Origin: Candidatus Brocadiia bacterium
GTDB taxonomy: Bacteria; Planctomycetota; PUPC01; DSUN01
Length of the DNA stretch: 64,000 bases
Direction: 5' to 3'
NCBI GenBank assembly: GCA_046538415.1
Contig: JBKHIY010000010.1
Coordinates: 2,033 to 66,032 of the forward strand
The notes beneath the pieces were generated by a model. It was not told the DNA's origin. It did no database searches and saw only the letters and a program-made list of their open reading frames with translations. Below, piece after piece: positions 26,220-37,749 of this stretch. Position numbers and translations under genes: made by a program. Numbering within the stretch: position 1 is the stretch's first letter; the number at the start of each line of letters is the position of its first letter.

Positions 26220-27977
26220 CTATCGAGCCTTGCTCTCGATTTCCCGACGGAGTCGCTCGACGAGGTCGCCCAGAGGGGCCGGGCCCTCGTCCCCGTGCCG
26301 CCGGGTGCGCACGGACACCGTGCCGTCGGCTACCTCCCGGGGGCCAACGACCAGGACGTAGGGGATCTTCTCCAGCTCGGCCTCGCGGATCTTGAAGCCC
26401 ACTTTCTCGTTGCGCCCATCGACGTGGACGCGCACGCCGGCCTCCTCCAGGCCGCGCCGGACCGCGCTCGCGTAGTCCCCCTGGCCCTCCGCCACGGGGA
26501 CCACGCGCACCTGCTCGGGGGCCAGCCACAGGGGGAACTCGCCGGCGAAGTGCTCCACCAGCGCGGCGATGAAGCGCTCGATGGCGCCGTAGACCACGCG
26601 GTGGATCATCACCGGGCGATGCCGCTGGTTGTCGGGGCCCACATAGGTGAGGTCGAACTTCTCGGGCATGGCGAAGTCGAGCTGGATGGTGGCGCACTGC
26701 CAGGTGCGGTTGAGCGCGTCGCGGAGATGGAAGTCGATCTTCGGCCCGTAGAACGCCCCCTCCCCCTCGTTGAGGGCGTAGTCCAGACCCTTGGCCTCGA
26801 GGGCCGCCCGGAGGGCGTCGGTGGCCTGGTCCCACATGGCGTCGGTGCCGATGTGCTTCTCGGGTTTGGTCGAGAGCTCCAGGGTGTAGGGCAGGCCGAA
26901 GGTGGAGTAGACGGCGTCGACCAGCTCGATGACCCGCACCACCTCGTCGCGAACCTGGTCTTCGGTCATGAAGACGTGGGCGTCGTCCTGGGTGAACTGT
27001 CGCACGCGCAGCAGACCGTGGAGCTCGCCCGACTGCTCGTGGCGATGCACGACGCCGACTTCCGCGATGCGGAGGGGGAAGTCGCGATAGCTGTGCAGCC
27101 GGGTGCGGTAGTAGAGCATGGCGCCCACGCAGTTCATGGGCTTGATGGCGTATTGGGCGTCGTCGATCTCGGTGACGTACATCTTGTCGCCGTAGTTCTC
27201 CCAATGGCCCGACTCCTCCCACACGTCCTTGCGGAGGAGGACGGGGGTGCGCAGCTCCTGGTATCCGTGCTCCCTGTGCAGCTGGCGCCAGAAGGCCATC
27301 AGCTCGTTCCACAGCACCATGCCCTTGGGATGGAAGAGGGGGAAGCCGGGGCCTTCCTCGTGGAAGCTGAACAGGTCGAGCTCCTTGCCCAGCTTGCGAT
27401 GGTCGCGCCGCCTGGCTTCGTCGAGCATGCGGAGATGCTCGTCCAGCTCCTGTCGGGTGGGGAAGGCGGTGCCGTAGATGCGGGTGAGCATGGGCCGCCG
27501 CTCGTCCCCCCGCCAGTAGGCGCCCGCGATGGAGAGGAGCTTGAAAGGCCCCACCTTCCCTGTGGAGGACAGGTGGGGGCCGCGGCAGAGATCCGCGAAG
27601 TCGCCCTGCTCGTAAACGGTCACGGTCTCGTCGCCCATCTCGTCGAGCAGCTCGACCTTGTAGCCCTGGCCTTCGGCCTCCATCCGACGGCGGGTCTCCT
27701 CGCGAGGCAGCTCGCGGCGCATCAGGGGGATGTCCTCCTCCACGATCCTGCGCATCTCAGCCTCGATGCGGGCCAGGTCGTCGGCTGCGAGCTCGGCCCC
27801 CGGCGGGAAGGCGAAGTCGTAGTAGAAGCCGGTGTCGATGGGCGGCCCGATGGCCAACTGTACGCCGGGGAATAGCCGGGTCACGGCATGGGCGAGCACG
27901 TGGGAGGCGGTGTGGCGCAGCCGCTCCAGCGGCTCCTCCGTCGCTCGTTCGTGGGCTTGGGGCTGACCGTCGGGCAT
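26220..27977 (-). CDS. thrS: Threonine-tRNA ligase (lacks the N-terminal TGS domain)
   Basis: LRHTASH, DLCRGPH, RDHRKLG, KPMNC, RVRQFTQDDAH, YGPKID, HRVVYGAIERF. Confidence 0.97.
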   Translation of the reverse strand: MPDGQPQAHERATEEPLERLRHTASHVLAHAVTRLFPGVQLAIGPPIDTGFYYDFAFPPGAELAADDLARIEAEMRRIVEEDIPLMRRELPREETRRRMEAEGQGYKVELLDEMGDETVTVYEQGDFADLCRGPHLSSTGKVGPFKLLSIAGAYWRGDERRPMLTRIYGTAFPTRQELDEHLRMLDEARRRDHRKLGKELDLFSFHEEGPGFPLFHPKGMVLWNELMAFWRQLHREHGYQELRTPVLLRKDVWEESGHWENYGDKMYVTEIDDAQYAIKPMNCVGAMLYYRTRLHSYRDFPLRIAEVGVVHRHEQSGELHGLLRVRQFTQDDAHVFMTEDQVRDEVVRVIELVDAVYSTFGLPYTLELSTKPEKHIGTDAMWDQATDALRAALEAKGLDYALNEGEGAFYGPKIDFHLRDALNRTWQCATIQLDFAMPEKFDLTYVGPDNQRHRPVMIHRVVYGAIERFIAALVEHFAGEFPLWLAPEQVRVVPVAEGQGDYASAVRRGLEEAGVRVHVDGRNEKVGFKIREAELEKIPYVLVVGPREVADGTVSVRTRRHGDEGPAPLGDLVERLRREIESKAR

Positions 27978-28060
27978 TGTGGGCGACCGTGGGGGACTAC
28001 CGTGTCTGCGAATGCCAAGCGGCCGGCCTGGCGGGAAGCCCGCATGGCGGCCGGCCGCGA

Positions 28061-28137
28061 TGGTGGGCGATACTGGACTCGAACCAGTGACCTCTAGCTT
28101 GTCGAGCTAGCGCTCTAGCCAACTGAGCTAATCGCCC
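28061..28137 (-). tRNA. tRNA-Val(GAC)
   Basis: GGGCGATTAGCTCAG..CTAGC-TC-GAC-AA-GCTAG..GGTTCGAGTCC..CGCCCACCA. Confidence 0.97.
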
Positions 28138-28163
28138 ACGAGGTGCGCTGTGGGGTCCCTCTC

Positions 28164-28775
28164 TCAGTGCGACGGCTCCTTCTCGGCCTGGGGGGCGCTC
28201 CCCTCCTCGCCCTCGTCCTGGGGCTCCTCGCCGGGCTCTTCCCGGGCCGCCTGGTCCCCGGCCGAGGGTTTCTCCTCAGCGTCCTCGGCTGCCTCGTCCT
28301 GGGAGGGCGCCTCGGGCTCCTCCTGTTCGGTAGCAGTGGGCACGCGGCGAGGCGCCACGGGCTCCTCCGCGGCCGGGCCTCGCTCGGCGAGGGGCTCGGA
28401 GACCAGCTCGAAGTAGCACAGGTCGGTCCCGTCGCCGCGCCGCCAGGCGGTCAGACGAACGATACGAGTATACCCACCGGGACGGTCGGTGTAAAGAGGC
28501 GCGATATCCTCGAAGAGGGTCTTGACGGCTCGCTTGTTCTGGAGCAGGGCGAGGGCTCTGCGGCGTGCGTTCAGCGTGCCCTTCTTGGCCAGGGTGACGG
28601 CCCGCTCGGCGAGGCGTCGGGCCTCCTTGGCCTTGGGCACGGTGGTGGTGACCCGCCGGGGCTGCTCGTCGTCCTCGGGCTCCTCGAGAAAGAGGTTGCA
28701 CACGAGGTTGCGGAGCATGGCTCTGCGATGGGAGGGGATTCGGGCGAGTTTCCGTCCTTGTTTGCGGTGCCGCAT
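28164..28775 (-). CDS. rplQ: 50S ribosomal protein L17 with acidic C-terminal extension
   Basis: MRHRK.GRKL.R..HRRAMLRNL, TT..KAKE, RPGGYTRI. Confidence 0.95.
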   Translation of the reverse strand: MRHRKQGRKLARIPSHRRAMLRNLVCNLFLEEPEDDEQPRRVTTTVPKAKEARRLAERAVTLAKKGTLNARRRALALLQNKRAVKTLFEDIAPLYTDRPGGYTRIVRLTAWRRGDGTDLCYFELVSEPLAERGPAAEEPVAPRRVPTATEQEEPEAPSQDEAAEDAEEKPSAGDQAAREEPGEEPQDEGEEGSAPQAEKEPSH

Positions 28776-28780
28776 GGGGG

Positions 28781-29815
28781 TTAGCCTTCGGAATCCTGTT
28801 CGCCGCTCTCGGCGGCGGGGAGTGCTTCGAGGGACATGCCCAGGGACAGGCCGAGGTTGGCGAGCTTGGTCTTGATGTCCTGGAGGGAGGTTTTGCCCAG
28901 GTTGCGCACGGCGAGGAGCTGTGCCTCGGTCTTGGTGATGAGGTCGCGCACGGTTTGGATGTCCTCGGACTCCAAGCAGTTCTGTGCCCGGACGGAGAGG
29001 TCGAGCTCCTCGATCGTCATGTTGAGCTTGCGGTCCAGCTCGTCGGAGATCTGGCGTGTCTCGCGTCGTCGAGTGGCCTTCTCCTCGCCCTGGGCCGGCA
29101 GCTCGCGGCCGATCTCGAAGTAGAGGACGAAGGGGTCGAGGTGCTTGCGGAGGATGCGCGCCGCCTCCACCAGGGCCATCTCGGGGGAGACGATGCCGTC
29201 GGTCCACACTTCGAGGGTCAGCCGGTCGTAGTTGGTCATCTGCCCCACGCGGGTGTCCTCGGCGCGGTAGCTCACCCGTCGCACGGGGGAGAAGAGGGCG
29301 TCGACGGGGATGACGCCGATCTCCTGCTCGGTCTTGGCGTTTTCCTCGGCGGTGGCGTAGCCGCGGCCCCGCCGGGCCTCCATCTCCACGACGAAGTCCA
29401 CGTCCTCGGACAGGGTGGCGATGTGGAGCTCGGGGTTGACCACCTCGACGTCGGGGTCGGCCTGGATATCGCCGGCGGTCACTTCGCCTCGGCTGCGCCG
29501 CCCGATCTTGAGCATCTTGGGGCCTTCGGCGCGGAGACGGACGCGCACCTGCTTGAGGTTCAGGATGATGTCGGTCACGTCCTCCACCACGCCTTCGATG
29601 GTGGAGTATTGGTGCTGGACTCCCTCGATGCGCACCGTGGTGACGGCCGCGCCCTCCAGGGACGAGAGCAGCGTGCGCCGCAGGCTATTGCCCAGGGTGG
29701 TACCGAAGCCGCGCTCGAAGGGCTCGGCGATGAACTTGCCGTAGGAGCTGGTCAGGCTCTCGCGCTCCACGACGACGCGGGTGGGAAGCTCGAATCCTCG
29801 CCACCGAATTCGCAT
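28781..29815 (-). CDS. rpoA: RNA polymerase subunit alpha
   Basis: EPFERGFGTTLGNSLRR.LLSS, LSVRA.NCL. Confidence 0.97.
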   Translation of the reverse strand: MRIRWRGFELPTRVVVERESLTSSYGKFIAEPFERGFGTTLGNSLRRTLLSSLEGAAVTTVRIEGVQHQYSTIEGVVEDVTDIILNLKQVRVRLRAEGPKMLKIGRRSRGEVTAGDIQADPDVEVVNPELHIATLSEDVDFVVEMEARRGRGYATAEENAKTEQEIGVIPVDALFSPVRRVSYRAEDTRVGQMTNYDRLTLEVWTDGIVSPEMALVEAARILRKHLDPFVLYFEIGRELPAQGEEKATRRRETRQISDELDRKLNMTIEELDLSVRAQNCLESEDIQTVRDLITKTEAQLLAVRNLGKTSLQDIKTKLANLGLSLGMSLEALPAAESGEQDSEG

Positions 29816-29886
29816 CCGTTGATCCTCCCGGAGGGGAGTGGGGGTTCAGGGTCGGGCTCGCGCTCGGGTCGGTTCACTCGTATCGG

Positions 29887-30513
29887 CTACTTGGAGCAGA
29901 ACTCGACGATGAGTTGCTCGCGGATGGGCAGGTCCACATCCTCGCGGCTGGGCAGGTTGAGCACCCGTCCCTGGAGAGGGTCCTCGTTGATCTCCAGCCA
30001 CGAGGGGGCCTCGCGGCCCTTCACGCTCTCCCGGGCGGCGCCCACCAGCTTCGTGGTGTTCTGGCGCTGCCGGGGGGCGATGACGTCGCCCACGTTCACC
30101 GGTCGCGAGGGCACGGAGACGGTGCTGCCGTTGACCTGGAAGTGCCCGTGGGTGATGAACTGGCGGGCCTGGCTCCGCGAGGCGGCCATGCCCAGGCGGT
30201 AGACCACATTGTCCATCCTCCGCTCGAGGGCGACCAGGAGGTTCTCGCCGGTGTTGCCCTTTCGCCGCTCGGCGTCGCGGAAGTAGCGGCGGAACTGGGC
30301 TTCGAAGAGCCCGTAGTAGCGCTTGAGCTTCTGCTTCTCCCGCAGTTGGACGCCGTAGGATGAGAAGCGGCTGCGCCGCCAGGACTGCTGCCCGGGGGGA
30401 TAGTCGCGGCGGTTGATGGCGCAGCGCGCGGTCTCGCAACGGGCGCCCTTGAGGTAGAGCTTCATGCCTTCCCTGCGGCACAGGCGGCACTTCGGTCCGG
30501 TATGTCTTGCCAA
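29887..30513 (-). CDS. rpsD: 30S ribosomal protein S4
   Basis: MARHTGPKCRLCRREG, LERRMDN, ARQFITHGH. Confidence 0.97.
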   Translation of the reverse strand: MARHTGPKCRLCRREGMKLYLKGARCETARCAINRRDYPPGQQSWRRSRFSSYGVQLREKQKLKRYYGLFEAQFRRYFRDAERRKGNTGENLLVALERRMDNVVYRLGMAASRSQARQFITHGHFQVNGSTVSVPSRPVNVGDVIAPRQRQNTTKLVGAARESVKGREAPSWLEINEDPLQGRVLNLPSREDVDLPIREQLIVEFCSK

Positions 30514-30543
30514 GTTCGCGAACTCCTCGGAGGCTCCTGGGGC

Positions 30544-30966
30544 TCACACACGGCGCTTCTTGCGGGGCCGGCACCCGTCGTGGGGCAGAGGGGTCACGTC
30601 CTCGATGGACTTAATGTCCAGTCCCGCGGCCTGTAGGGCTCGGATGGCGGACTCGCGTCCCGAGCCGGGACCTTTGACTCGCACGTCGACCTGGCGCACG
30701 CCCATCTTGATGGCCTTCTCGGCGGCGTGCTCGGCGGCTCGCTGGGCGGCGAAGGGGGTGCTCTTGCGCGAGCCCTTGAAGCCCAGGGTGCCGGCGTTGG
30801 CCCAGCACAGGGTATCGCCGTTCAGGTCGGTGATGGTCACCGTGGTATTGTTGAAAGTCGCCTTGACATGGGCGATGGCGCTGGCCACGCCGCGGCGCAC
30901 GCGGCGGCGGGCCGAGGCCCGGGATGCTTTGGAGGAACGGGACGGTCGACGCTGGGACTTGGCCAT
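30544..30966 (-). CDS. rpsK: 30S ribosomal protein S11
   Basis: [36 protein letters not shown]. Confidence 0.96.
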   Translation of the reverse strand: MAKSQRRPSRSSKASRASARRRVRRGVASAIAHVKATFNNTTVTITDLNGDTLCWANAGTLGFKGSRKSTPFAAQRAAEHAAEKAIKMGVRQVDVRVKGPGSGRESAIRALQAAGLDIKSIEDVTPLPHDGCRPRKKRRV

Positions 30967-30986
30967 GGCTGCTCCTGGCGTTGCGG

Positions 30987-31373
30987 CTAGCCGCGCTGCT
31001 CCTTGACGCTTCGCTTCCCCGCCACGGTCTTCCGCGGTCCCTTGCGCATCCGGGCGTTGGTGCGGGTCCGCTGGCCGCGTACAGGGAGGCCGACGCGATG
31101 GCGGATACCTCGATAGCACCCGATCTCGCGCAGGCGCGAGACGTTCTGTGCCACCAGGCGGCGGAGTTCTCCCTCGATCATGTAGTTCTTGTCGATGATC
31201 GACGCGACACGGGAGAGCTCGTCCTCCGAGAGGTCGTTGGCCCGCACGTCCTCGTCGATCCCGGCCTGGTCGAGTATCTGCTTGGCCGAGGTGCGGCCGA
31301 TACCGTAGATGTAGGTGAGCGCGATGACGATGCGCTTGTTCCCGGGAATGTCGACGCCGGCGAGTCGGGGCAT
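30987..31373 (-). CDS. rpsM: 30S ribosomal protein S13
   Basis: [30 protein letters not shown]. Confidence 0.96.
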   Translation of the reverse strand: MPRLAGVDIPGNKRIVIALTYIYGIGRTSAKQILDQAGIDEDVRANDLSEDELSRVASIIDKNYMIEGELRRLVAQNVSRLREIGCYRGIRHRVGLPVRGQRTRTNARMRKGPRKTVAGKRSVKEQRG

Positions 31374-31405
31374 GGTGCGCGTTCCTTTCCGGGCTGGGCG
31401 GGGGC

Positions 31406-31519
31406 TCAGCCCTGGCGCTGCTTGTGGCGGGGGTTGGTGCACACCACGCGCACCACTCCCTTGCGCCGCACGAGCTTGCAGTTCTCGCAGATTCTTCGGA
31501 CCGACGATTTGACCTTCAT
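31406..31519 (-). CDS. rpmJ: 50S ribosomal protein L36
   Basis: Hand translation [37 protein letters not shown]. Confidence 0.96.
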   Translation of the reverse strand: MKVKSSVRRICENCKLVRRKGVVRVVCTNPRHKQRQG

Positions 31520-31552
31520 GGCATCCTCGGCTACGTGCCCCGCGGCGGCCAC

Positions 31553-31768
31553 CTAGTCGCGGTAGACGATGCGGCCCTTGGTCAGGTCGTAGGGCGACAG
31601 CTCCACGGTCACCTTGTCGCCGGGAAGGATGCGGATGAAGTGCATCCGCATCTTGCCCGAGACGTGGGCGGTGACCATGTGGCCGTTCTCCAGCTGCACG
31701 CGGAAGACCGCGTTGGGCAGCGCCTCCTTGACCACGGCCTCCACGCGGATGTTTTCTTCCTTCGCCAC
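31553..31768 (-). CDS. infA: Translation initiation factor IF-1
   Basis: [37 protein letters not shown]. Confidence 0.97.
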   Translation of the reverse strand: MAKEENIRVEAVVKEALPNAVFRVQLENGHMVTAHVSGKMRMHFIRILPGDKVTVELSPYDLTKGRIVYRD

Positions 31769-31770
31769 GC

Positions 31771-32553
31771 TCACTCCTCTTGCGACGGCTCGGCGGTCAG
31801 CACCTCGACGCCCTCGCGGGTGATGGCCACCGTATGCTCGAAGTGCGCCGAGAGCGACCCGTCCCGGGTGACCACGGTCCACCGGTTGGGCAGGGTCTTC
31901 ACCCGCCAGTCGCCCTCGTTGATCATCGGCTCGATGGCGATGACCATTCCCGGGCGGAGGGACACGTCGGCGAAGCCCGGGCTATAGTAGTTCGGCACCT
32001 GGGGCTCTTCCCACAGTTGGGCGCCGATGCCATGCCCCACCAGGTCGCGCACCACGGAGAAGCCGTTCTCCTCCACGTGGCCTTGCACGGCCCGAGCGAT
32101 GGCCGAGAGGCGCTTGCCCGGCCCGATGGCCGCGATGGCCCGGCGAAGGGCCTCCCGACAGGTGTCCATCAGGCGCCGCGCCGGCTCGCAGACCTCGCCG
32201 ATGGGCACGGTGAGGGCGGCGTCCCCGTAGTATCCCTCGCATTCCACTCCCACGTCCACGCTGAGGAGGTCGCCGGGGCATAGCTCCCGCGGGCCGGGGA
32301 TGCCGTGGACCACCTCGTGGTTGATGGACGCGCAAATGCTGGCCGGGAAAGGCGGCCGCCGTCCAGCGGCGCCGTGGCCTTTGAAGGCCGGGCGCGCACC
32401 CTTTTCTATTATCAACTTTTCGACCTGTTTGTCAAGGTAGCCTGTGGCTACCCCAGGACCTGCAAGGGAGCGCACCAGGTCGCGGGCCTCGGCCACGATG
32501 CGGCACGCGGTGCGGATTCGGTCGAGTTCCCGCGTCGACTTGAGCGTGATCAA
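31771..32553 (-). CDS. map: Methionine aminopeptidase type I
   Basis: SIN.EVVHGIP, DVG..GYYGDAA, GHGIG, EPMIN, AHFEHT; TTG start overlaps the adk stop. Confidence 0.94.
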   Translation of the reverse strand: MITLKSTRELDRIRTACRIVAEARDLVRSLAGPGVATGYLDKQVEKLIIEKGARPAFKGHGAAGRRPPFPASICASINHEVVHGIPGPRELCPGDLLSVDVGVECEGYYGDAALTVPIGEVCEPARRLMDTCREALRRAIAAIGPGKRLSAIARAVQGHVEENGFSVVRDLVGHGIGAQLWEEPQVPNYYSPGFADVSLRPGMVIAIEPMINEGDWRVKTLPNRWTVVTRDGSLSAHFEHTVAITREGVEVLTAEPSQEE

Positions 32554-33226
32554 GAGCGTCCCTGTGCGGCTTCCCCTCCCTCGGCGGCCGGGCGGATGGC
32601 GGCCTGCACCTCCCGGCGCACCTCCTCGATGCCGCCGTCGGCGTCGATGCGCACCAGGAGGCCCCGCTGGCGGTAGTAGTCGAGCAACTCGCCCGTCTGG
32701 CCGCGGTAGACTCGCAGCCGCTCCCGCACGGTCTGTGGCCGGTCGTCCTCGCGCTGGTAGAGCTCGCCCCCACACTGGTCGCACACTCCCTGGCTTCTGG
32801 GCGGGAGGTGGCGCACGTGGTAGGTGGCGCCGCACTGGCGACACACGCGACGGCCGGTGAGGCGGTCGAGCACCGCTTCCTCGGACGCGTCGAAGTAGAG
32901 CACCGCGTCGATGCTCTCGCCCCGTTCCGCGAGTAGGTTCTGGAGTGCCTCCGCCTGGCCCACGGTGCGCGGGAAGCCGTCGAAGACCACTCCCCGGGCA
33001 TGGCGGGCCTCCTCGAGGATTCTCCTGACCAGGTCGATGATCAGCCCGTCGGGCACGAGCTGGCCGGAGTCGGTGTAGCTCCTGGCCTGCTCGCCCAGGG
33101 GGGTGCCCTGGGCGATGGCCCTGCGCAATTCGTCGCCGGTGGCAATGTAGAGCAGGCCGAGCCGCTGGGCCTCGCCCTTGGCCTGCGTGCCCTTCCCCGC
33201 GCCGGGGGGGCCCAGGAATACCAGGT

Positions 33227-33230
<4 letters not shown>
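32550..33230 (-). CDS. adk: Adenylate kinase (Zn-lid type)
   Basis: GPPGAGKGTQA, LVPD, DGFPRT, CRQC..CDQC, RED; GTG start overlaps the secY stop. Confidence 0.95.
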
Positions 33231-34591
<1,361 letters not shown>

Positions 34592-34611
34592 GACGGGCCT
34601 CCGAGAGGAAG

Positions 34612-35058
34612 CTAGGAGAGGACCACCGCTTCGCCGCCGGCCTCGGCGATCTTGTGGGCCGCGCTCTTAGTGAACGCGTGGGCCTTGACGGTGAGCCGCT
34701 TGTTCAGCTCGCCGTCGCCCAGGATTTTCACGCCGTCGTGGAGCTTCTTGATCAGGCCTCGCTCCGCCAGCTGGGCCGGGCCGACCTCCTGGCCGTCGGC
34801 GAAGGCGTCCAGGGCCCGCACGTTGACCACAGCGTAGCGGGTGGCGAACCGCCGGTTGTTGAAGCCCCGCTTGGGCAGGCGGCGGAAGAGCGGCATCTGG
34901 CCGCCCTCGTAGAGCCGCCCCGGGCCGGGCCCGGAGCGCGAGCGCTGTCCCTTGTGGCCGCGGCCGCAGGTCTTGCCCTTGCCCGCGCTGCGCCCTCGGC
35001 CCTTGCGGGTGCGGGGCTTGCGGCCCGAGGGAGTGGCTTTGACGTCGCTGAGGTTCAT
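34612..35058 (-). CDS. rplO: 50S ribosomal protein L15
   Basis: [27 protein letters not shown]. Confidence 0.96.
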   Translation of the reverse strand: MNLSDVKATPSGRKPRTRKGRGRSAGKGKTCGRGHKGQRSRSGPGPGRLYEGGQMPLFRRLPKRGFNNRRFATRYAVVNVRALDAFADGQEVGPAQLAERGLIKKLHDGVKILGDGELNKRLTVKAHAFTKSAAHKIAEAGGEAVVLS

Positions 35059-35546
35059 TCGATGGTCACCCCGCGCAGGCGTTCCACTTCCGCCTTGCCG
35101 CGCAGGCGGTGGATGGCGTCCATGGTAGCCTTCACGATGTTTTTGGCGTTCCGGGAGTCGAAGGTCTTGGTGAGCACGTTCTTGATGCCCGCGGCTTCGA
35201 GGACGGCGCGGACGGGGAAGCCGGCGATGACGCCGGTGCCCGGGCCGGCGGGCCGGAGGAGGACCTTGGAGCCGCCGAAGGCCCCGGTGGTGGCGTGGGG
35301 GATGGTGTCGCCGTCCATGGGCACTCGCTCCAGGCTCTCGCGGGCCTGCTTGAGGCCTTTCTCCACGGCGGGAGGCACCTCGTTGGCCTTTCCGTACCCG
35401 TAGCCCACGCGTCCCTGGCCGTCGCCCACGACCACCAGTGCGGCGAAGCTGAAGCGGCGGCCGCCCTTGACCACGGTGGCGCAGCGGAAGACCTTGACCA
35501 CGGTCTCCTGGAGGTCTCGGGTATCTCGGTCCTTCTGCTCTGGCAA
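35055..35546 (-). CDS. rpsE: 30S ribosomal protein S5
   Basis: [24 protein letters not shown]; TTG start after AGGAGG. Confidence 0.95.
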   Translation of the reverse strand: MPEQKDRDTRDLQETVVKVFRCATVVKGGRRFSFAALVVVGDGQGRVGYGYGKANEVPPAVEKGLKQARESLERVPMDGDTIPHATTGAFGGSKVLLRPAGPGTGVIAGFPVRAVLEAAGIKNVLTKTFDSRNAKNIVKATMDAIHRLRGKAEVERLRGVTIE

Positions 35547-35574
35547 GGGTCGCTTCCTCCTGATGGCGGAGCTT

Positions 35575-35943
35575 TCAGAAGTGGAGCCCGCCCTCCCGCG
35601 CGGCGTCGGCCAGGCTCTTGACCCGGCCATGGTACTTGTAGCCACTGCGGTCGAACCGCACGTCCTGGATGCCGGCCTCGAGGGCCCGGCGCGCCAGTTC
35701 CTTGCCCACGGCGTCGGCGGCGGTCTTCTTGTCGCCGTCCTGGCAGGCGTCGCGCACCTCGGGGCTGAGGCTGGAGCAGGCGGCGAGGGTACGCCCGCTC
35801 ACGTCGTCGATGACCTGGGCGTAGATGTGTCGCAGGCTCCGGCGCACGCACAGCCGGGGGCGATCGGGCGTGCCGAAGACTCTGCGCCGCACGCGGCGGT
35901 GTCGGCGTATGCGACGAAGCCTGGCTCGCTTGTGACGATCCAC
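35575..35943 (-). CDS. rplR: 50S ribosomal protein L18
   Basis: [28 protein letters not shown]. Confidence 0.96.
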   Translation of the reverse strand: MDRHKRARLRRIRRHRRVRRRVFGTPDRPRLCVRRSLRHIYAQVIDDVSGRTLAACSSLSPEVRDACQDGDKKTAADAVGKELARRALEAGIQDVRFDRSGYKYHGRVKSLADAAREGGLHF

Positions 35944-35949
35944 AGCGGC

Positions 35950-36543
35950 TTACTCCTGGACGGCGAAGGCCTTGCCGGCCTTGCGCCGCACCTCTTCGCC
36001 TTCGTAGCGGATGCCCTTGGCCTTGTAGGGCTCGGGCGGCTTGAGCCGCCGCACGCGGGCGGCGAACTCGCCCACCGCCTGCTTGTCGATCCCCCGGATG
36101 CGGAGGGTGACGCAGGGCACGGAGCCCACCCCCGTGACCAGGATGCTGCGGGTCTCCGGCGGGTCGATATTCACGGAGTCGGGGATGGCCACCTCCACGG
36201 GGTGGGCGTAGCCGAGCTGGAGGAGGAGCTTCTGGCCCTCGACCTTGGCCGAGTAGCCCACGCCCACCACCTGGAGGCCGCGCACGTAGCCCTCGGTGAC
36301 GCCCACCACCATGTTGCGGATCAAGTTGCGGGTGAGGCCGTGGAGGGCCTTGGTCTGCCGCTGGTCGTCGGTCCGCTCCACGCGCACCTGGGGGGGCGTT
36401 TCGTCCACCAGGACTCGCAGGCGATGGTCGTCGACACGCTGCTGGAGCTTGCCCAGGGGCCCGGTGATCTCCACCACCCCGTCGCCCAGGGCGGCGGCGA
36501 CGCCCTGGGGCAAGGGGACCGGCTGGTTACCGATGCGAGACAT
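35950..36543 (-). CDS. rplF: 50S ribosomal protein L6
   Basis: MSRIGNQP, GVGY, PEPYKAKGIRY. Confidence 0.95.
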   Translation of the reverse strand: MSRIGNQPVPLPQGVAAALGDGVVEITGPLGKLQQRVDDHRLRVLVDETPPQVRVERTDDQRQTKALHGLTRNLIRNMVVGVTEGYVRGLQVVGVGYSAKVEGQKLLLQLGYAHPVEVAIPDSVNIDPPETRSILVTGVGSVPCVTLRIRGIDKQAVGEFAARVRRLKPPEPYKAKGIRYEGEEVRRKAGKAFAVQE

Positions 36544-36571
36544 CGCGATGGCTCCCTGGGTCGGGCAAGGT

Positions 36572-36967
36572 TCAGGAGACGAAACAGAGGACTTCGCCGC
36601 CCACCCGCTCGCGGCGGCACTCGCGGTCGCTGAGGATCCCCTTGGGGGTGGAGATGATGGCCGCGCCCAGGCCGTTGTCCACACGGGGGATATCCTCGAC
36701 GCCGCAGTAGACTCGGCGGCTGGGCTTGCTGTGGCGGCGGAGGCCACGAATGACCATTTCGCCGTCCGGCCCGTACTTGAGGTAGATGCGGATGGTGCCC
36801 TGGGGATCGGTGTCCATGAGCTTGAAGTCGGCGATGTAGCCCTCGTCCCGAAGGACGCGGGCGATACCCGTGTTGACCTTCGAGGCGCGCACGTTGACCG
36901 CCTCCCGGCGCACGGCGAGGGCGTTGCGGATGCGGGTGAGCATGTCTGCGACCGGGTCGGTCATCAT
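36572..36967 (-). CDS. rpsH: 30S ribosomal protein S8
   Basis: DPVADMLTRIRN, SKPSRRVY, ISTPKG. Confidence 0.96.
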   Translation of the reverse strand: MMTDPVADMLTRIRNALAVRREAVNVRASKVNTGIARVLRDEGYIADFKLMDTDPQGTIRIYLKYGPDGEMVIRGLRRHSKPSRRVYCGVEDIPRVDNGLGAAIISTPKGILSDRECRRERVGGEVLCFVS

Positions 36968-37006
36968 GGCGGTTCGGTTCCCAAAGCAGCGGCGGCCAGG
37001 CAGGCT

Positions 37007-37192
37007 CTACCAGCTCGCCTTTCGCACGCCCGGGATTTGGCCTTTCGAAGCAAGGGTGCGGAAGCAGATGCGGCAGATGCGGAACTTGCGGTAGTTCCCC
37101 CGCGCCCGCCCACACAGCTCGCAGCGGAATACTTTCCGCGTGGAGTACTTGGGCTTGGACTTCGACCTGTTGATTTGTGCCTTTCGGGCCAT
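37007..37192 (-). CDS. rpsN: 30S ribosomal protein S14 type Z
   Basis: RCELCGR..CRICFR..G.IPGV.KASW. Confidence 0.95.
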   Translation of the reverse strand: MARKAQINRSKSKPKYSTRKVFRCELCGRARGNYRKFRICRICFRTLASKGQIPGVRKASW

Positions 37193-37202
37193 GTGTGCCC
37201 TC

Positions 37203-37745
37203 TTACGTCCTACGGAACGGCATGCCAAAGTGGCTGAGCAGCTCCAGGGCCTCTTCGTCGGTCTTGGCGGTGGTGCACACCGTGATGTCCATCCCCTGCA
37301 CCACCTCCACGTCGTCGGCATTGATCTCGGGGAAGACCAGTTGCTCGCCGATCCCCAGCGAGTAGTTGCCCCGTCCATCGAACGCCGAGGTGGGCAGGCC
37401 GCGGAAGTCGCGCAGCCGGGGGATGGCCGTGCTGATCAGGCGGTCCAGGAACTCGTACATCCGCCGGCCGCGTAGCGTGACCTTGAGCCCCACCGGGTAG
37501 CCGGAGCGGATCTTGAACGCCGCCACGCTGCGCCGGGCGCGGGTGACCGCGGGGGCCTGGCCGCTGATGGCCGCCAGGGCCGCCTGGGCCTGCTCCATGC
37601 GGCTCTTCTCCTCGCGGGCGTTGCCTACCCCCATGTTGAGCACGATCTTCTCCAGGCGGGGCACGGCCAGGCGGTTGGTGTAGCCGAACCGCTCCGTCAT
37701 CCTGGGAATGACCTCGCTGTGGTAGCGCTCTAACAGTCTGGACAT
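37203..37745 (-). CDS. rplE: 50S ribosomal protein L5
   Basis: [33 protein letters not shown]. Confidence 0.97.
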   Translation of the reverse strand: MSRLLERYHSEVIPRMTERFGYTNRLAVPRLEKIVLNMGVGNAREEKSRMEQAQAALAAISGQAPAVTRARRSVAAFKIRSGYPVGLKVTLRGRRMYEFLDRLISTAIPRLRDFRGLPTSAFDGRGNYSLGIGEQLVFPEINADDVEVVQGMDITVCTTAKTDEEALELLSHFGMPFRRT

Positions 37746-37749
37746 GGCT

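Noticed and set aside
27978-28060. T-box riboswitch before thrS
   Set aside because: The spacer is 83 bp and has no T-box consensus or specifier stem.
28061-28163. tRNA-Val as an integration site for an island
   Set aside because: No integrase, no duplicated tRNA 3' end and no foreign genes nearby.
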